NCBI GenBank assembly: GCA_963745035.1
Contig: CAVUVW010000027.1
Coordinates: 160,001-224,000, forward strand
Length of the DNA stretch: 64,000 nucleotides
Reading direction: 5' to 3'
From: an uncultured delta proteobacterium
Lineage (GTDB): Bacteria > Desulfobacterota > Binatia > UBA9968
Positions 41,707 through 51,759 of this stretch are shown piece after piece (within the stretch, counting starts at the first letter, position 1; every line of letters begins with the position of its first letter). The notes beneath the pieces were generated by a model. The model saw only the letters and a program-made list of their open reading frames with translations, did not search any database and was not told where the DNA came from. The translations under genes were made by a program, and so were the position numbers.

Positions 41707-43344
41707 ATGGAAATTTTTGACGCTGAATTCTTTGTGCTGACCCTCGCCCTGGTGGGCGTTGTAATCATCATCGCGGCGCTACTCTCCGGCCTCATCGATA
41801 GCAGCGACCTCCCGCAAGTCGGCGTTTTTTTAGCGCTCGGCGCGATGCTCGGCCCGGCCGGCTTGGGACTGCTCGACGTGACTCTGGATTCGCCGATCCT
41901 TCGCGTCGTGGCTACCTTGAGTCTGGTTCTGGTCTTGTTCACGGATGCCGTCAGCCTGACCATCGCGGAAATGAGCCGCCATGGCGCGCTCGCCTTTCGT
42001 GTCTTGGGTCCCGGGACACTTCTTTCCGCAGCACTGGTGTCCCTGGCGGGATGGAAGCTGCTCGAGCTTCCTCTTCCGGCAGCGGCGATCCTGGGCGCAG
42101 CGCTCGCTTCGACCGACCCGGTGATGCTGCGCGGTTTGCTTCGACGACCGGGTCTTCCGGAACCAGTGCGCCTGGCGCTGCGGCTCGAAAGCGGCCTTAA
42201 CGACGTGGTTCTTCTGCCCGTCATTCTGGTAGCGATGTCATTTCTCGGTCGGGAAGCGTTTCCCACACCCACCGAGTGGGCGCGCGTCGGTCTCGACCTG
42301 TTTCTTTTGGGACCCGGCGCCGGAATCGCAGTGGGGCTGCTCGGAACCTCCGCGCTGGAAATGATCAGGCGTAAGACTGGAGTCCTGCGCGATTATGAAT
42401 CGATTTATTCACTGGGCATAGCCTTCACGGCTTACGCCGCCGCGGAAGCGGTTCACGGCAGCGGCTTTCTCGCCGCGTTCGCGGCCGGGTTGACCATCGC
42501 GGCCCTCGACGTCGAGCTTTGTGATTGTTTTCTCGAATACGGCCAAACCACTGCCGAGATGGCGCTGCTTTTTACCTTCGTGCTCTTCGGCGCCTCACTG
42601 ATCTGGGGTGGATTTACCGTGTTGAGCTGGCCGGTTGCTCTCTTCGCCCTGGTCGCGCTGCTGATCCGTCCGGTGGCATTTTTCATCTCCCTCGCCGGCA
42701 CCCGGTTGGACTTCCGCAGTCGCATGTTGATCGCCTGGTTTGGACCCCGCGGTCTCAGCTCGCTGCTCTTGATCCTCGTGCCCGTGTTCGCCGCCGTTCC
42801 CGGCACCGAGCCTTTGTTTTTCATCTGCTGCTTTTTCGTCCTGCTTTCCATCGCCCTGCACGGCGGTTCGCTGATGTTCCTTAAACGCAATGGATCTCGA
42901 GCCAGAGTGCCGGCGACCGCCGCGACCAATCTTGCCGGCAACGCCACGCCAGATCTGCCGGCGGATTCAACTTCAACAACGGGCACCAACCAAGGCGTCG
43001 ATCTCATCACGATCCCGGAGATGCGCGCTATCCAGCAATCCGGCGCGCCGAATCTCGTTCTCGATGTGCGCGCCGAACGCAGTCTCGCCGCCAGCGACCT
43101 GCTCGCGCAGGGGGCGGTCAGAGTTCCGCCAGATCGCCCGGTCGAGCGTCTCAAAGAGCTCGACGTACCGCGCCAGACCTGGCTCTTCGCCTTTTGTGCT
43201 TGACCCGACGAAGCGACAAGCGCCCGTGTGGCGCGAGAGCTTAAAAAAGCCGGATGGAGCAAAGCGCGCGCGCTGGTCGGCGGCTGGGAAGCCTGGCAAG
43301 CAGCCGGATTGCCGGTCGAGGCGAAGCCGATGCAGGCAATTTGA
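41707..43344 (+). CDS. CPA1-type cation/H+ antiporter fused to a C-terminal rhodanese domain with predicted selenocysteine (TGA 43201-43203); 545 aa with readthrough
   Basis: ASTDPV, LESGLND, SGFLAAF and WFGPRG antiporter motifs; rhodanese LDVR...FAFCA-U-PDEATSARVA...LVGGWEAWQAAGLPVE continues in frame past the TGA to stop 43342-43344. Confidence 0.85.
43211..43242 (+). promoter_or_regulatory. SECIS-like hairpin after UGA 43201
   Basis: Upper stem gcgcc (43220-24) / ggcgc (43230-34), G-containing loop cgtgt, lower stem aagc/gctt. Confidence 0.62.
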
Positions 43345-43416
43345 TGATTGCGACGTGGTCGTCATGGTGTCTACCAAATCTGGACAGAAGTATAGTTTTC
43401 AAAGCGCTTTGATTTT

Positions 43417-43468
43417 TTGAACGTCTCGAACGGGGCGAAGCTGTGAACGGCTTGAATGCAACCGTTCA
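43417..43468. repeat. Degenerate TTGAACG (reverse complement of CGTTCAA) repeat
   Basis: ttgaacg 43417, tcgaacg 43426, gtgaacg 43443, ttgaatg 43452. Confidence 0.5.
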
Positions 43469-43516
43469 GCAAATGTTTGCTCCTCGCTCCTTTCCTCCAC
43501 TCCTCCTGCGGCCGCG

Positions 43517-44545
43517 CTACTTCTCCAAGAGCGGTTTCATCCGCTCGAGCAGTTCTGCCGGCACAGTGCCGATCTCCCGTCCCAGAGCCTCGACCTCCTC
43601 GCCAGTCATTAAACTGGGCTCGAGCCCTTTGCTCTTGGCATCGGCGATGACATCAGGATCCTTGATCATTTTATTAAATCCGTCGCGCAGCGCTTTGAGG
43701 CGATCGGCGGGCATTCCCGGAGGGCCGAAAAACGGCCGGCCCATTTCGTCGGGGAGCACGAAAATTTTCGCGATCCGCCGGTGCAGGTCGCTGACTTTTT
43801 GCTTGTCCATCCACTCCCACACGGTGGGCACATTGGGCAGATTGGCATGACGCTTCTGTCCGCCCTGAGTGAGCACGCGGACAAAACCTGTCTTGGCCCA
43901 AGTGCGGCCCGGCTCGCTGCCGAAATAGGCCTGCACCGAGCCGCACCAACACTGCATCTCGCCACGCTCGATCGCCAGATTGGCATCGGCTGCGCCTTGA
44001 TAGCCCGGCACCATGGTCAATTTAAGGCCAAAGGCTTCCTGGAGAAGCCTGGGGAAATAGTAGGCCGCCGTGCCCAGCCCCGTTGCGGCGCACTTGGGGG
44101 GCTCAACGGCATTGCGCAGGTCCAGCAAAGTTTTGTAAGGAGTGTCGGCCCGGATATAGAAAATTCGATCGGTCTTCTCCGGGGAGCCGATCCAACTGTA
44201 CTTGAACCACTCGAACTTGATTTCGGGTTGGCCAGAGAGCTGCTGGATGTAGAGCCCGGGGCTCACCACGCCAAGGGTCAAGCCGTCCGGCTTGGCGACG
44301 CTGTAGATATAGTTTGCCGCGATCATCGAACCGCCGCCTGTCATGTTTTGCACCACGAAGGTCGGATTGCCCGCAACGTATTTACCCAGATACTGAGCGA
44401 TGATCCGCGCCCACACGTCGAACGCCCCGCCCGCGGTGAACCCGACGCGGATTGTTACAGTCTGGCCCTGGTAGAAAGGTGTCTGGGCCGCAAGATCGGA
44501 TTGCCAAAGCAAACAAGCGACCAGCGCCAACAGTAATTTTTTCAT
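43517..44545 (-). CDS. Tripartite tricarboxylate transporter substrate-binding protein (TctC/Bug)
   Basis: Signal peptide, GFTAGG.FD..AR, VQNM.GGG, KPDGLT, PNVPT and PPGMP. Confidence 0.9.
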   Translation of the reverse strand: MKKLLLALVACLLWQSDLAAQTPFYQGQTVTIRVGFTAGGAFDVWARIIAQYLGKYVAGNPTFVVQNMTGGGSMIAANYIYSVAKPDGLTLGVVSPGLYIQQLSGQPEIKFEWFKYSWIGSPEKTDRIFYIRADTPYKTLLDLRNAVEPPKCAATGLGTAAYYFPRLLQEAFGLKLTMVPGYQGAADANLAIERGEMQCWCGSVQAYFGSEPGRTWAKTGFVRVLTQGGQKRHANLPNVPTVWEWMDKQKVSDLHRRIAKIFVLPDEMGRPFFGPPGMPADRLKALRDGFNKMIKDPDVIADAKSKGLEPSLMTGEEVEALGREIGTVPAELLERMKPLLEK

Positions 44546-44716
44546 CCTGCCCTCCAAAGGCCACCGATTCGAAGAATCATACCCGGGTCGGGAACTCTAT
44601 AGCCGTTTCTCTCAGCTCCCGCTACTGTTACATTGAAAGATGGACTCAGCAGCATGCGGATCCGTCAGGCGCATGCGCAGGTGTATAGAAGCAACTGAAA
44701 ACCATAGGCAAGACCC

Positions 44717-46708
44717 ATGCAAGACGAATCAGCTTCGACCGACACTTCTCCCCACGGCGTGGGCGGTGCCCGGTACTTCGATCTGTGGCGTGCGCAGGCG
44801 AAGCCGCTGAGTATCCTCGCGGCGTGCTGCACGCTCGCGGCGTCGAGCTACAGCGAATCCATGCTCATGTTTCTCAGTCAGTTCGCTTCGATATACTCAT
44901 TTTCCTTTCTCGTCATGCTGTTTGCGCTGGTATTGCCCGGAAGACTTTTTGTTCTGAGCATCCCGCTCGCGCTGGGGGCTTTAGACGCACTTGACCGCAT
45001 CAACCAACTCAAGATTTCCGCACTTTCCTTACCGATAACTTTCGTCGACGTGAGAACGGCCGTCGCCGACCCGGCGGTTCTTGTGAACGCTCTCGGCATA
45101 CGCGCTGAGCTCGACAGATTCGTATCCATCGCTTTCGGCGTGCTCGCTTTTGCGCTCCTTGCCGCCGCTTTCTACAAGCTTCGGGGTTATTCGTCTCTTG
45201 ATCACCTCAAGCTTTCGCGAGCACGCGGCCAAACCGGAACGCGATCTTTTTCCTTGATTGTGCATGTTGTTACGTTTGTCGTCGTCTTAACCGTCGCCCA
45301 GGATTGCCTAGTCAGGTACGGCAGATTCGTGCATGCCCGCGTTACCACAAACGCAACGAATCTAGGGCTGGAGCTTTGGCTGCCGTCGAGCCAGGTTACG
45401 CTGTCGCGGGAGCTGGGCGTTATGGAATATATGGCATTCTCATTCGCGACCAACGACGCGGCCGATGTCTCTCTCGAGCATGGGCTCGGCCCGACCGTCA
45501 AGGAATTGCGGCTTGCCGCTGCCCAGTTCGTCAACAGGTCAGTGCATCAGCCGAAGACGCTCTTGCCCAATATCGTATTTTTTCATGCGGAATCGACCTT
45601 CGATCCCGCCATCGCTTTCAGGCTTTCCGCGCCTGTCGAATTGCCTTTATGGTCCAAACAACGCGAGACAAGGGCGCTCGGTCCGCTGCGCGTGAACGTC
45701 ATTGGCGGGGGAAGCTGGGTTACGGAATTCGAGGTAGTCACCGGAGTCGACTCTAGAATTTTCGGGTATCAGGGTTTTTACACTCATTTCGATATCGCGC
45801 CGAAGGTGAAGAACTCTTTCGTAGAGTATCTGGTCAGGAAGGGATACAAGACGGCGGCGTTCTATCCTGTCGAAGGCAGTTTCTACAATACGGAGAAAGC
45901 ATTCAGGTCCTATGGCTTCAGGAAATTTGTCGATGGTCGGGTCCTACGTTTGCCGACGGACTGGGGAAGTCTCGTCGATCGCGACATCATCCGGGCAGTC
46001 ATCGAGCATGGCGCTTTCGAGAGCTCCGGTCCATTCTTTTACTTTGTCAGTACCTCTGAGAATCACGGCCCCCACCATTGCCGCTCTTTTGCGAGTGAAC
46101 AGCAATTTCTGACGACGTTTGCAGGAAAGGTGCCCTTTGAACAAAACTGCGAGCTTAATGAATACCTGAAACGAGCCGCATCCACATCCGACGCGTTCGA
46201 GCTCGTGCTCAATCAGTTAAGGCAGATCGAGATCCGGACGGGGAGACCTTTTGTCCTACTGGTCTATGGCGACCATCAACCGTGGTCCTTCACCAAGGGG
46301 GTCTATTCCGTACCGGGAGGGACTGCCGCGGAGGCGGGTTTCAAGGATTACTCCGGCGTTCGAACCGGTGCCGACGGCTATCAGACAGTCTTCCACTTGT
46401 TGGCATCGGACCGGACGGTTATACGGAGCCGCTTTACACAGCCGCCACCGGCAGCGCTTCTTCCCACTCTCGTGAGCGCGTTCGTCGCCACTTCTTATGA
46501 CGACCTTTATCTACCGGTAAACTTTCTTGCCTTCGCGAGCTGTGGCTCGGATATACGTGCCGCAGCTTGTGAGCGTTATGCGGAGCTTGCGCGCTCCGCG
46601 AAAGAGGCTTTGCTCAAAGAATCATCTTCGCAGGTCTTCGACATCGGAGCTCGACCAGCCCGCGGTCCTCGCCCGGTGGCGCAAACCGGGACCGTTTTGC
46701 CTCATTAA
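44717..46708 (+). CDS. Membrane-anchored LTA-synthase/alkaline-phosphatase-superfamily transferase
   Basis: N-terminal TM helices; PNIVFFHAES, GGGSWVTEF, NHGP and YGDHQP. Confidence 0.8.
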   Translation: MQDESASTDTSPHGVGGARYFDLWRAQAKPLSILAACCTLAASSYSESMLMFLSQFASIYSFSFLVMLFALVLPGRLFVLSIPLALGALDALDRINQLKISALSLPITFVDVRTAVADPAVLVNALGIRAELDRFVSIAFGVLAFALLAAAFYKLRGYSSLDHLKLSRARGQTGTRSFSLIVHVVTFVVVLTVAQDCLVRYGRFVHARVTTNATNLGLELWLPSSQVTLSRELGVMEYMAFSFATNDAADVSLEHGLGPTVKELRLAAAQFVNRSVHQPKTLLPNIVFFHAESTFDPAIAFRLSAPVELPLWSKQRETRALGPLRVNVIGGGSWVTEFEVVTGVDSRIFGYQGFYTHFDIAPKVKNSFVEYLVRKGYKTAAFYPVEGSFYNTEKAFRSYGFRKFVDGRVLRLPTDWGSLVDRDIIRAVIEHGAFESSGPFFYFVSTSENHGPHHCRSFASEQQFLTTFAGKVPFEQNCELNEYLKRAASTSDAFELVLNQLRQIEIRTGRPFVLLVYGDHQPWSFTKGVYSVPGGTAAEAGFKDYSGVRTGADGYQTVFHLLASDRTVIRSRFTQPPPAALLPTLVSAFVATSYDDLYLPVNFLAFASCGSDIRAAACERYAELARSAKEALLKESSSQVFDIGARPARGPRPVAQTGTVLPH

Positions 46709-46896
46709 ACAGCGGTCCGTCGTTGTCCGACCATCGGTTCCCCTACGGCGGTCGGCGCAGAAACAATTCAGATGGACATTGCTCTGCCCGCAACGCGGGA
46801 GCACACAATGCAACCAATTCACTAATTCACTTATCCACTTGCGCTCAGCGTTTAGGGAATGTCATGAGGAGGTTCGATTAAATTCTCTAGTTGGTT

Positions 46897-47055
46897 TTAA
46901 TCTTCCCGAACTGACATCCCGCATTCGTCCTCGTGATCAAGCAGGCAACTCTCGCACAAACTGGCGCCGCAAGTAGTACAGTTGAATTCGTCGCCGTGGC
47001 GAATGTCGTGCCGGCATTGACCGCACTCTATGGTTCCATTGATGAGCTGAAACAT
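46897..47055 (-). CDS. Small Cys-rich putative zinc-finger protein (52 aa)
   Basis: CGQC...CTTC...CESC...H...C pattern; no strong RBS. Confidence 0.45.
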   Translation of the reverse strand: MFQLINGTIECGQCRHDIRHGDEFNCTTCGASLCESCLLDHEDECGMSVRED

Positions 47056-47262
47056 CGTGACGCGTCGCTCTCGATCTCGCGTGCGAAGCGATCCACAAAA
47101 CGATTGATGCAATTCGTATATACGCGGCTTAGCACGATCGCATTGACACCGGCAATGAAAAAATCCGCAGCGCGAAAGTTTTTCCTTGGTTGTCGCCATT
47201 TCCGGACAAAACAATTTCCCGGCGTCGCAAAGCGGCCCCGATTATGAAACAATCCGCAGCCC

Positions 47263-48348
47263 ATGCGCATCATCGTGCACGTCGATATGGACGCGTTCTA
47301 TGCGGCGGTCGAGGAGCGCCTCAATCCCGCGCTGCGAAATCTTCCCGTTGTCGTCGGCGCCGACCCGAAGGAAGGTAAAGGCAGAGGCGTCGTCACCACG
47401 GCCAACTATAGGGCGCGAAAGTTCGGCATCCGCTCGGCTCTGCCGATCTCGCGCGCGTGGCGCTTTGCTGAAACGGCGCGCCGACGCGGCGAACCCGCAA
47501 CCGTTTTTATTCAGCCGAATATGCCTCTCTATCGCGAGGTCTCCGGCCGCATTATGCAAATCGTGCAGCGCTACGCCGACGCCTTCGAGGAGGCAAGCAT
47601 CGACGAAGCTTATCTCGATGTCTCGTCATCGGAGAATTTCGCCGCCGCGCGGAGCCGGGTGACGAGGCTCAAGGGCGAGATCCGCGACCGCGAGGGGCTC
47701 GGCTGCTCAGTCGGCATCGCTCCGAACAAGCTGATCGCGAAGATCGCCTCGGACCGGCAAAAACCGGATGGTCTGACCCTCGTCGAGCCCGAGCAGGTCG
47801 CCGATTTTCTCAATCCGCTTCCTATTCGAGTGATTCCAGGAATCGGGCCCAAGAGCGAACAGTTGCTTCACGAGAACCATCTTCGCACCGTCGAGGATCT
47901 GCGCCGGGTTCCGGAGTCCGCTCTGGTGGAGTGGTTTGGCAAATGGGGAAAGCGCCTATTCGAAAAAGTCCGCGGCGTCGATGACTCTGAAGTGTCCAAC
48001 GAATGGACGCGAAAATCCCTCGGCGAGCAGGAAACTTTTGAGGAGGATACGCGCGATCAGTCCATCGTCAGCGAGCGTCTCGATGGTATGGCGGAACGGA
48101 TCATCAGCAAGCTGACGGCCAAGGAGTTCAAAGGCTTTCGCGCGGTGACCTTAACCGTTCGCTTCGGTGACTTTCAGACGAGCAATCGCTCCCGTAGTCT
48201 GAAGGAGGGCATCCGCATCGATGACGATGCCTTGCGCCGGCTCAAAGAAGCGGCGTTGTCGCTTATCCTGCCTTTCTTTGACGCCCGCGAGAATCCGCGC
48301 GGAAAAGCATTCCGTCTGATCGGCCTACGCGTCGAGAAACTTTTTTGA
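47263..48348 (+). CDS. dinB: DNA polymerase IV
   Basis: HVDMDAFYA, ANY.AR.FG, SIDEAYLD, KIASDRQKPDG, IPGIG and RLIGL. Confidence 0.95.
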   Translation: MRIIVHVDMDAFYAAVEERLNPALRNLPVVVGADPKEGKGRGVVTTANYRARKFGIRSALPISRAWRFAETARRRGEPATVFIQPNMPLYREVSGRIMQIVQRYADAFEEASIDEAYLDVSSSENFAAARSRVTRLKGEIRDREGLGCSVGIAPNKLIAKIASDRQKPDGLTLVEPEQVADFLNPLPIRVIPGIGPKSEQLLHENHLRTVEDLRRVPESALVEWFGKWGKRLFEKVRGVDDSEVSNEWTRKSLGEQETFEEDTRDQSIVSERLDGMAERIISKLTAKEFKGFRAVTLTVRFGDFQTSNRSRSLKEGIRIDDDALRRLKEAALSLILPFFDARENPRGKAFRLIGLRVEKLF

Positions 48349-48499
48349 CGAATGGGCGGCAGCCTGAGAGGACCCCCGCAGGCTGAGGCTAAAATCGTGG
48401 AAGTTCGCGTCCGAATCAGGAAAAGGTTTAGCCAGGGACTTATTCCGGTACTCAAAGTAGTCGCAAGACGTGTGGAGACAAAGGTTGGCGCGTTGCCGA

Positions 48500-49669
48500 T
48501 CACTGCTTTGGCGGCAGGTGATAGGCAACCGAGCCCGCTTTTCCCACGCGCAGGGATTCATCCAATTTGGTATCGATGATCGCGTGGTTTGGATCGCGAA
48601 AAACATTCATCGGGTCCAAGCCCTGCTCCACTTTCTTAATCTCGCGCCGCAGCAAATCCCGATACAACACAACCCCGCGGTCCGAAGCCGCAAGCCGTTC
48701 ACGAGTACGGTCGAGTATCGGCCCCTGGGTTTCCCACGCCATGAAATCTTGGGCGTCGACGTCATCGAGACGAAACTTGGTGAACGGATGGCGAACGTTG
48801 AGCGGATTCTTGAAAGGCTTGCGGTAGCTCACCGGCACATCGTCTTTGTTCGCCCGCGGCTCCGTCGAGTCCGGCACGAAATGGACGTAAACGATCCAAG
48901 TGTGGGTGTCGTCGATGGGCACGCGAATCTGTGTGCGATTGGCTTGTCGCAAAACGGTTGGAAACAGCAGCGGATGCTCTTCCACTTTGCCATCCTTGAA
49001 AAACCGTCGCTTGACTATGCCGCGATCGAATTCCTCGACCTCAAACTTTGTCAGGTTGTCGATGGTGCCGCGGGTCGTGCTCTCAACTTTAAAGCCGTCG
49101 GTGACAAGCTCTTGATGCAGTATATGCAAGTGGGCCGTGTCGACGGAGTTTTCCATCGCCTGAAGCCAGTTGCAGTCCAGTTGCGGCAACGCGCGCAACC
49201 AGTGCCAGCCATCGGTGCGCGCCCAGACATCGTACTTTGGAATCTCCGGCGCCGGCGGAGGCCCGAGGTAGGCCCAATAAAGGCCCGCCAACTTTTGGAC
49301 CGGATAAGCTTTGTGCTTCACAGTGCGGCAAAAATTGCTATCTGCCGGCTCGGCGGGGGTTTCAACGCAATTACCCTGAATATCGTAGAGCCAGCCATGA
49401 TAGGCGCAGGCAATGCCGCGTTCCTCGACTCTGCCATAAGATAGCGACGCGCCGCGATGCGAACAGCGATCGTGCAGGAGACCGGCTTCTCCCTTTTTGG
49501 TTTGAAATAACACCAGATCTTCGCAGAGGATCCTGACAAACTTCACCGGGTTGTCTTCCGGTAACTCCGCCGCAATGGCGATCGGATGCCAGTAGCGGCG
49601 CAGCAATTCTCCCGCCGGCGTTCCAGGACCAACGCGCGTCAATATTTCATTGTCTTCCGCTGTCAGCAT
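48500..49669 (-). CDS. Rieske non-heme iron oxygenase alpha subunit (phthalate 4,5-dioxygenase/VanA-like)
   Basis: CSHRG...CAYHGW Rieske motif, ENSVDTAHLHILH iron site and QD...ETQG. Confidence 0.92.
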   Translation of the reverse strand: MLTAEDNEILTRVGPGTPAGELLRRYWHPIAIAAELPEDNPVKFVRILCEDLVLFQTKKGEAGLLHDRCSHRGASLSYGRVEERGIACAYHGWLYDIQGNCVETPAEPADSNFCRTVKHKAYPVQKLAGLYWAYLGPPPAPEIPKYDVWARTDGWHWLRALPQLDCNWLQAMENSVDTAHLHILHQELVTDGFKVESTTRGTIDNLTKFEVEEFDRGIVKRRFFKDGKVEEHPLLFPTVLRQANRTQIRVPIDDTHTWIVYVHFVPDSTEPRANKDDVPVSYRKPFKNPLNVRHPFTKFRLDDVDAQDFMAWETQGPILDRTRERLAASDRGVVLYRDLLRREIKKVEQGLDPMNVFRDPNHAIIDTKLDESLRVGKAGSVAYHLPPKQ

Positions 49670-49726
49670 ACCTGCTCCTTCTCGAAAGGTTATCTTCCGT
49701 GAATTGGTTCTTGGTTTCAACCAGAG

Positions 49727-50296
49727 TCAAATCTTCCGGCAGATCAGATCGCCCTTTGGAAATGGCAACAGCACGCAGTCTACCCGCGGATCATTTTCGG
49801 CACGGTTCAGAAGCTCCGTCTGGAGGCGGGGGGAAGTTACGTTATCGATGACGAGCAATCCACCGGACACGAGGCGCGGGACCGCTTTCTCGTAGACCAT
49901 GGCATTGAGCTCCGGAGGTTGAAGATCGGAGAAGCAAAACGCGATCTCGTCAAAACGGGTGGCGTAGTCGAGGGCGTCGCCATGAACGGCTTGGACCGAA
50001 CCTCCCGCTCCGGCGCGGGAGATATTCTCGCGGGCCAAGGCGACTTTCTTTTCATCGAGCTCGACTGTAGTGAGCGTAACGCCTCGCGCACGAGCGGCGA
50101 GCGACAGCCACAGAGTGGAATAGCCGGCGCTGCTCCCCAGCTCCAGAAATGCGCCCTGCGGCGCCGACACCGCAAGAAGCGAAAGGCAGCGCCCGACGTC
50201 CACGGCAACACTGCGCAGCGACCGCTGATCGCGTTCCGTCTGTTCCTCCAGCTCGCGCATCACTTGCCGCATGGCTGGGGAAATATCATGAAACAC
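49727..50296 (-). CDS. SAM-dependent O-methyltransferase (CCoAOMT/TrmR-like)
   Basis: LELGSSAGYSTLWL, GDA and GGLLVIDN. Confidence 0.85.
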   Translation of the reverse strand: MFHDISPAMRQVMRELEEQTERDQRSLRSVAVDVGRCLSLLAVSAPQGAFLELGSSAGYSTLWLSLAARARGVTLTTVELDEKKVALARENISRAGAGGSVQAVHGDALDYATRFDEIAFCFSDLQPPELNAMVYEKAVPRLVSGGLLVIDNVTSPRLQTELLNRAENDPRVDCVLLPFPKGDLICRKI

Positions 50297-51698
50297 GTGC
50301 GCCTCCCTCGAGGTTCTCGAACGGCACGCTGCGCCGGTTGATCTGCTCCTCGATGTCCTGTGGAAATAAATTTTCCTTTATCATCGCGAAGTCGCCGTAG
50401 GCGCCATGCACCGGGCCGAGCAAGTTGCGCTCGGCCAGGAGCCCCGGCTTGCGCGTGCCGAACTTCGGCAACTTGTCGCGATATTTTTGGTAGAGCTCAT
50501 ACCACGTGCGGGTCATTAGAATGTAATAGTCCAAAGGCACCGGCGGCTGCTCGGCCTCTTTGCACAGCGCGGTCGACGGCTCGCGCCGCCACTGTTGCGG
50601 CCGCGGGAAGATGCCGCGCGACATCAAGTATTCGAATCCGGAAGTCATGGACTTGACCGCTTCCTCAACAGTCTTGAACCCATGCGGCCGCGCCATTTCG
50701 ACGCCGGAGACAAAGCTCGGCTGCACCATGCCGTTGCCGAACACTTCGACCGCGTCTTCCATCCAGCGTACCCAGTTGTCCCAGCCGACGCGCTCAGCCT
50801 TGCCGGGATTGATCCACGGAAAGAGCTTCTTGTCCCACACCTCCATGTTGAAGTGGATGTGATCGGCGCCGGCATCCTTGTAGCGCTGCACTTCTTCGCG
50901 CGGCCGCGCGTTGACCTCGAAAGTGATGCGCGGCTTCGATGCGATGTTCTTGATGGCGCGAATGTACTCTTCGTAGAAATCCACTTCGCTCTTGCTATGC
51001 AGTGTCTTGGTGATGGTACCGCCGCTGAGCACGAAGTTTTGCCCGGCGCCGATCTTTTGCGCGTCCCCGGCGACGTGCTCGCATACCTTGACCACATCGG
51101 CCACCGACTTTACCGGCGCGTTCAAGGTGAAGTCGCGCGACAGCTTCATCTGGCGCGCGTTCTCGTTGATATCGCAGAATTTACACTCTTCCTTGGCGCC
51201 CCAGTATTGGCAGTTGCGAAAGATCGTAATGAATGAGCCGAAGGCGACAATCTCATGATAAGGCGTGCCGTCCGGCAAGTTCTTGAAATAGTAGTCCGGC
51301 GTTTTAGGGATACGCACGTGCGCTACTACATGCCCGTCCACGGTCAAGACGAGCCTGCCATCAACGACGTCGATGAGATAAGGTGAGTAGGGCGACAACG
51401 AAGTTTGAATAGCCACCGGGCGCATGTCGTAGGGCCCGTTCAAAAGAACAAAGTGCTCGGGGACGCGCCGGTGCTCGTTCCTCTTGAACTCCGACATCGG
51501 CACGAGGTCATAGGAAAACAATCTATACGACTTGACCAGCGCGCCTGCCGAAGCGTCGAGGGCGGCGTCGCTGAACCAGTGGCCGAGGCTCAGCATATGT
51601 TGCTTGAGGATCGTCTCCTTGGGCACGTCCGGGTATTTTTTGAAATACGATTCCAACGCATCAAGGTTGGAGTCCGTCGCGGCCGACGTTTTTGCCAT
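50286..51698 (-). CDS. Radical SAM protein with atypical Cx8CxxC motif
   Basis: NCQYWGAKEECKFC, LSGG, FNMEVWD...PGK and SFVSGVE. Confidence 0.8.
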   Translation of the reverse strand: MAKTSAATDSNLDALESYFKKYPDVPKETILKQHMLSLGHWFSDAALDASAGALVKSYRLFSYDLVPMSEFKRNEHRRVPEHFVLLNGPYDMRPVAIQTSLSPYSPYLIDVVDGRLVLTVDGHVVAHVRIPKTPDYYFKNLPDGTPYHEIVAFGSFITIFRNCQYWGAKEECKFCDINENARQMKLSRDFTLNAPVKSVADVVKVCEHVAGDAQKIGAGQNFVLSGGTITKTLHSKSEVDFYEEYIRAIKNIASKPRITFEVNARPREEVQRYKDAGADHIHFNMEVWDKKLFPWINPGKAERVGWDNWVRWMEDAVEVFGNGMVQPSFVSGVEMARPHGFKTVEEAVKSMTSGFEYLMSRGIFPRPQQWRREPSTALCKEAEQPPVPLDYYILMTRTWYELYQKYRDKLPKFGTRKPGLLAERNLLGPVHGAYGDFAMIKENLFPQDIEEQINRRSVPFENLEGGARVS

Positions 51699-51759
51699 CT
51701 CACGCTTCCTTTCGCCGGTAATCTATCCCTTGCTTTGCCCTGCGCGCTCGCCCGAGCTG

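Noticed and set aside
44717-46708. Sulfatase substrate of the anSME maturase
   Set aside because: It has an LtaS-type GGGSWVTEF site and TM anchor, not the C/SxPxR formylglycine motif.
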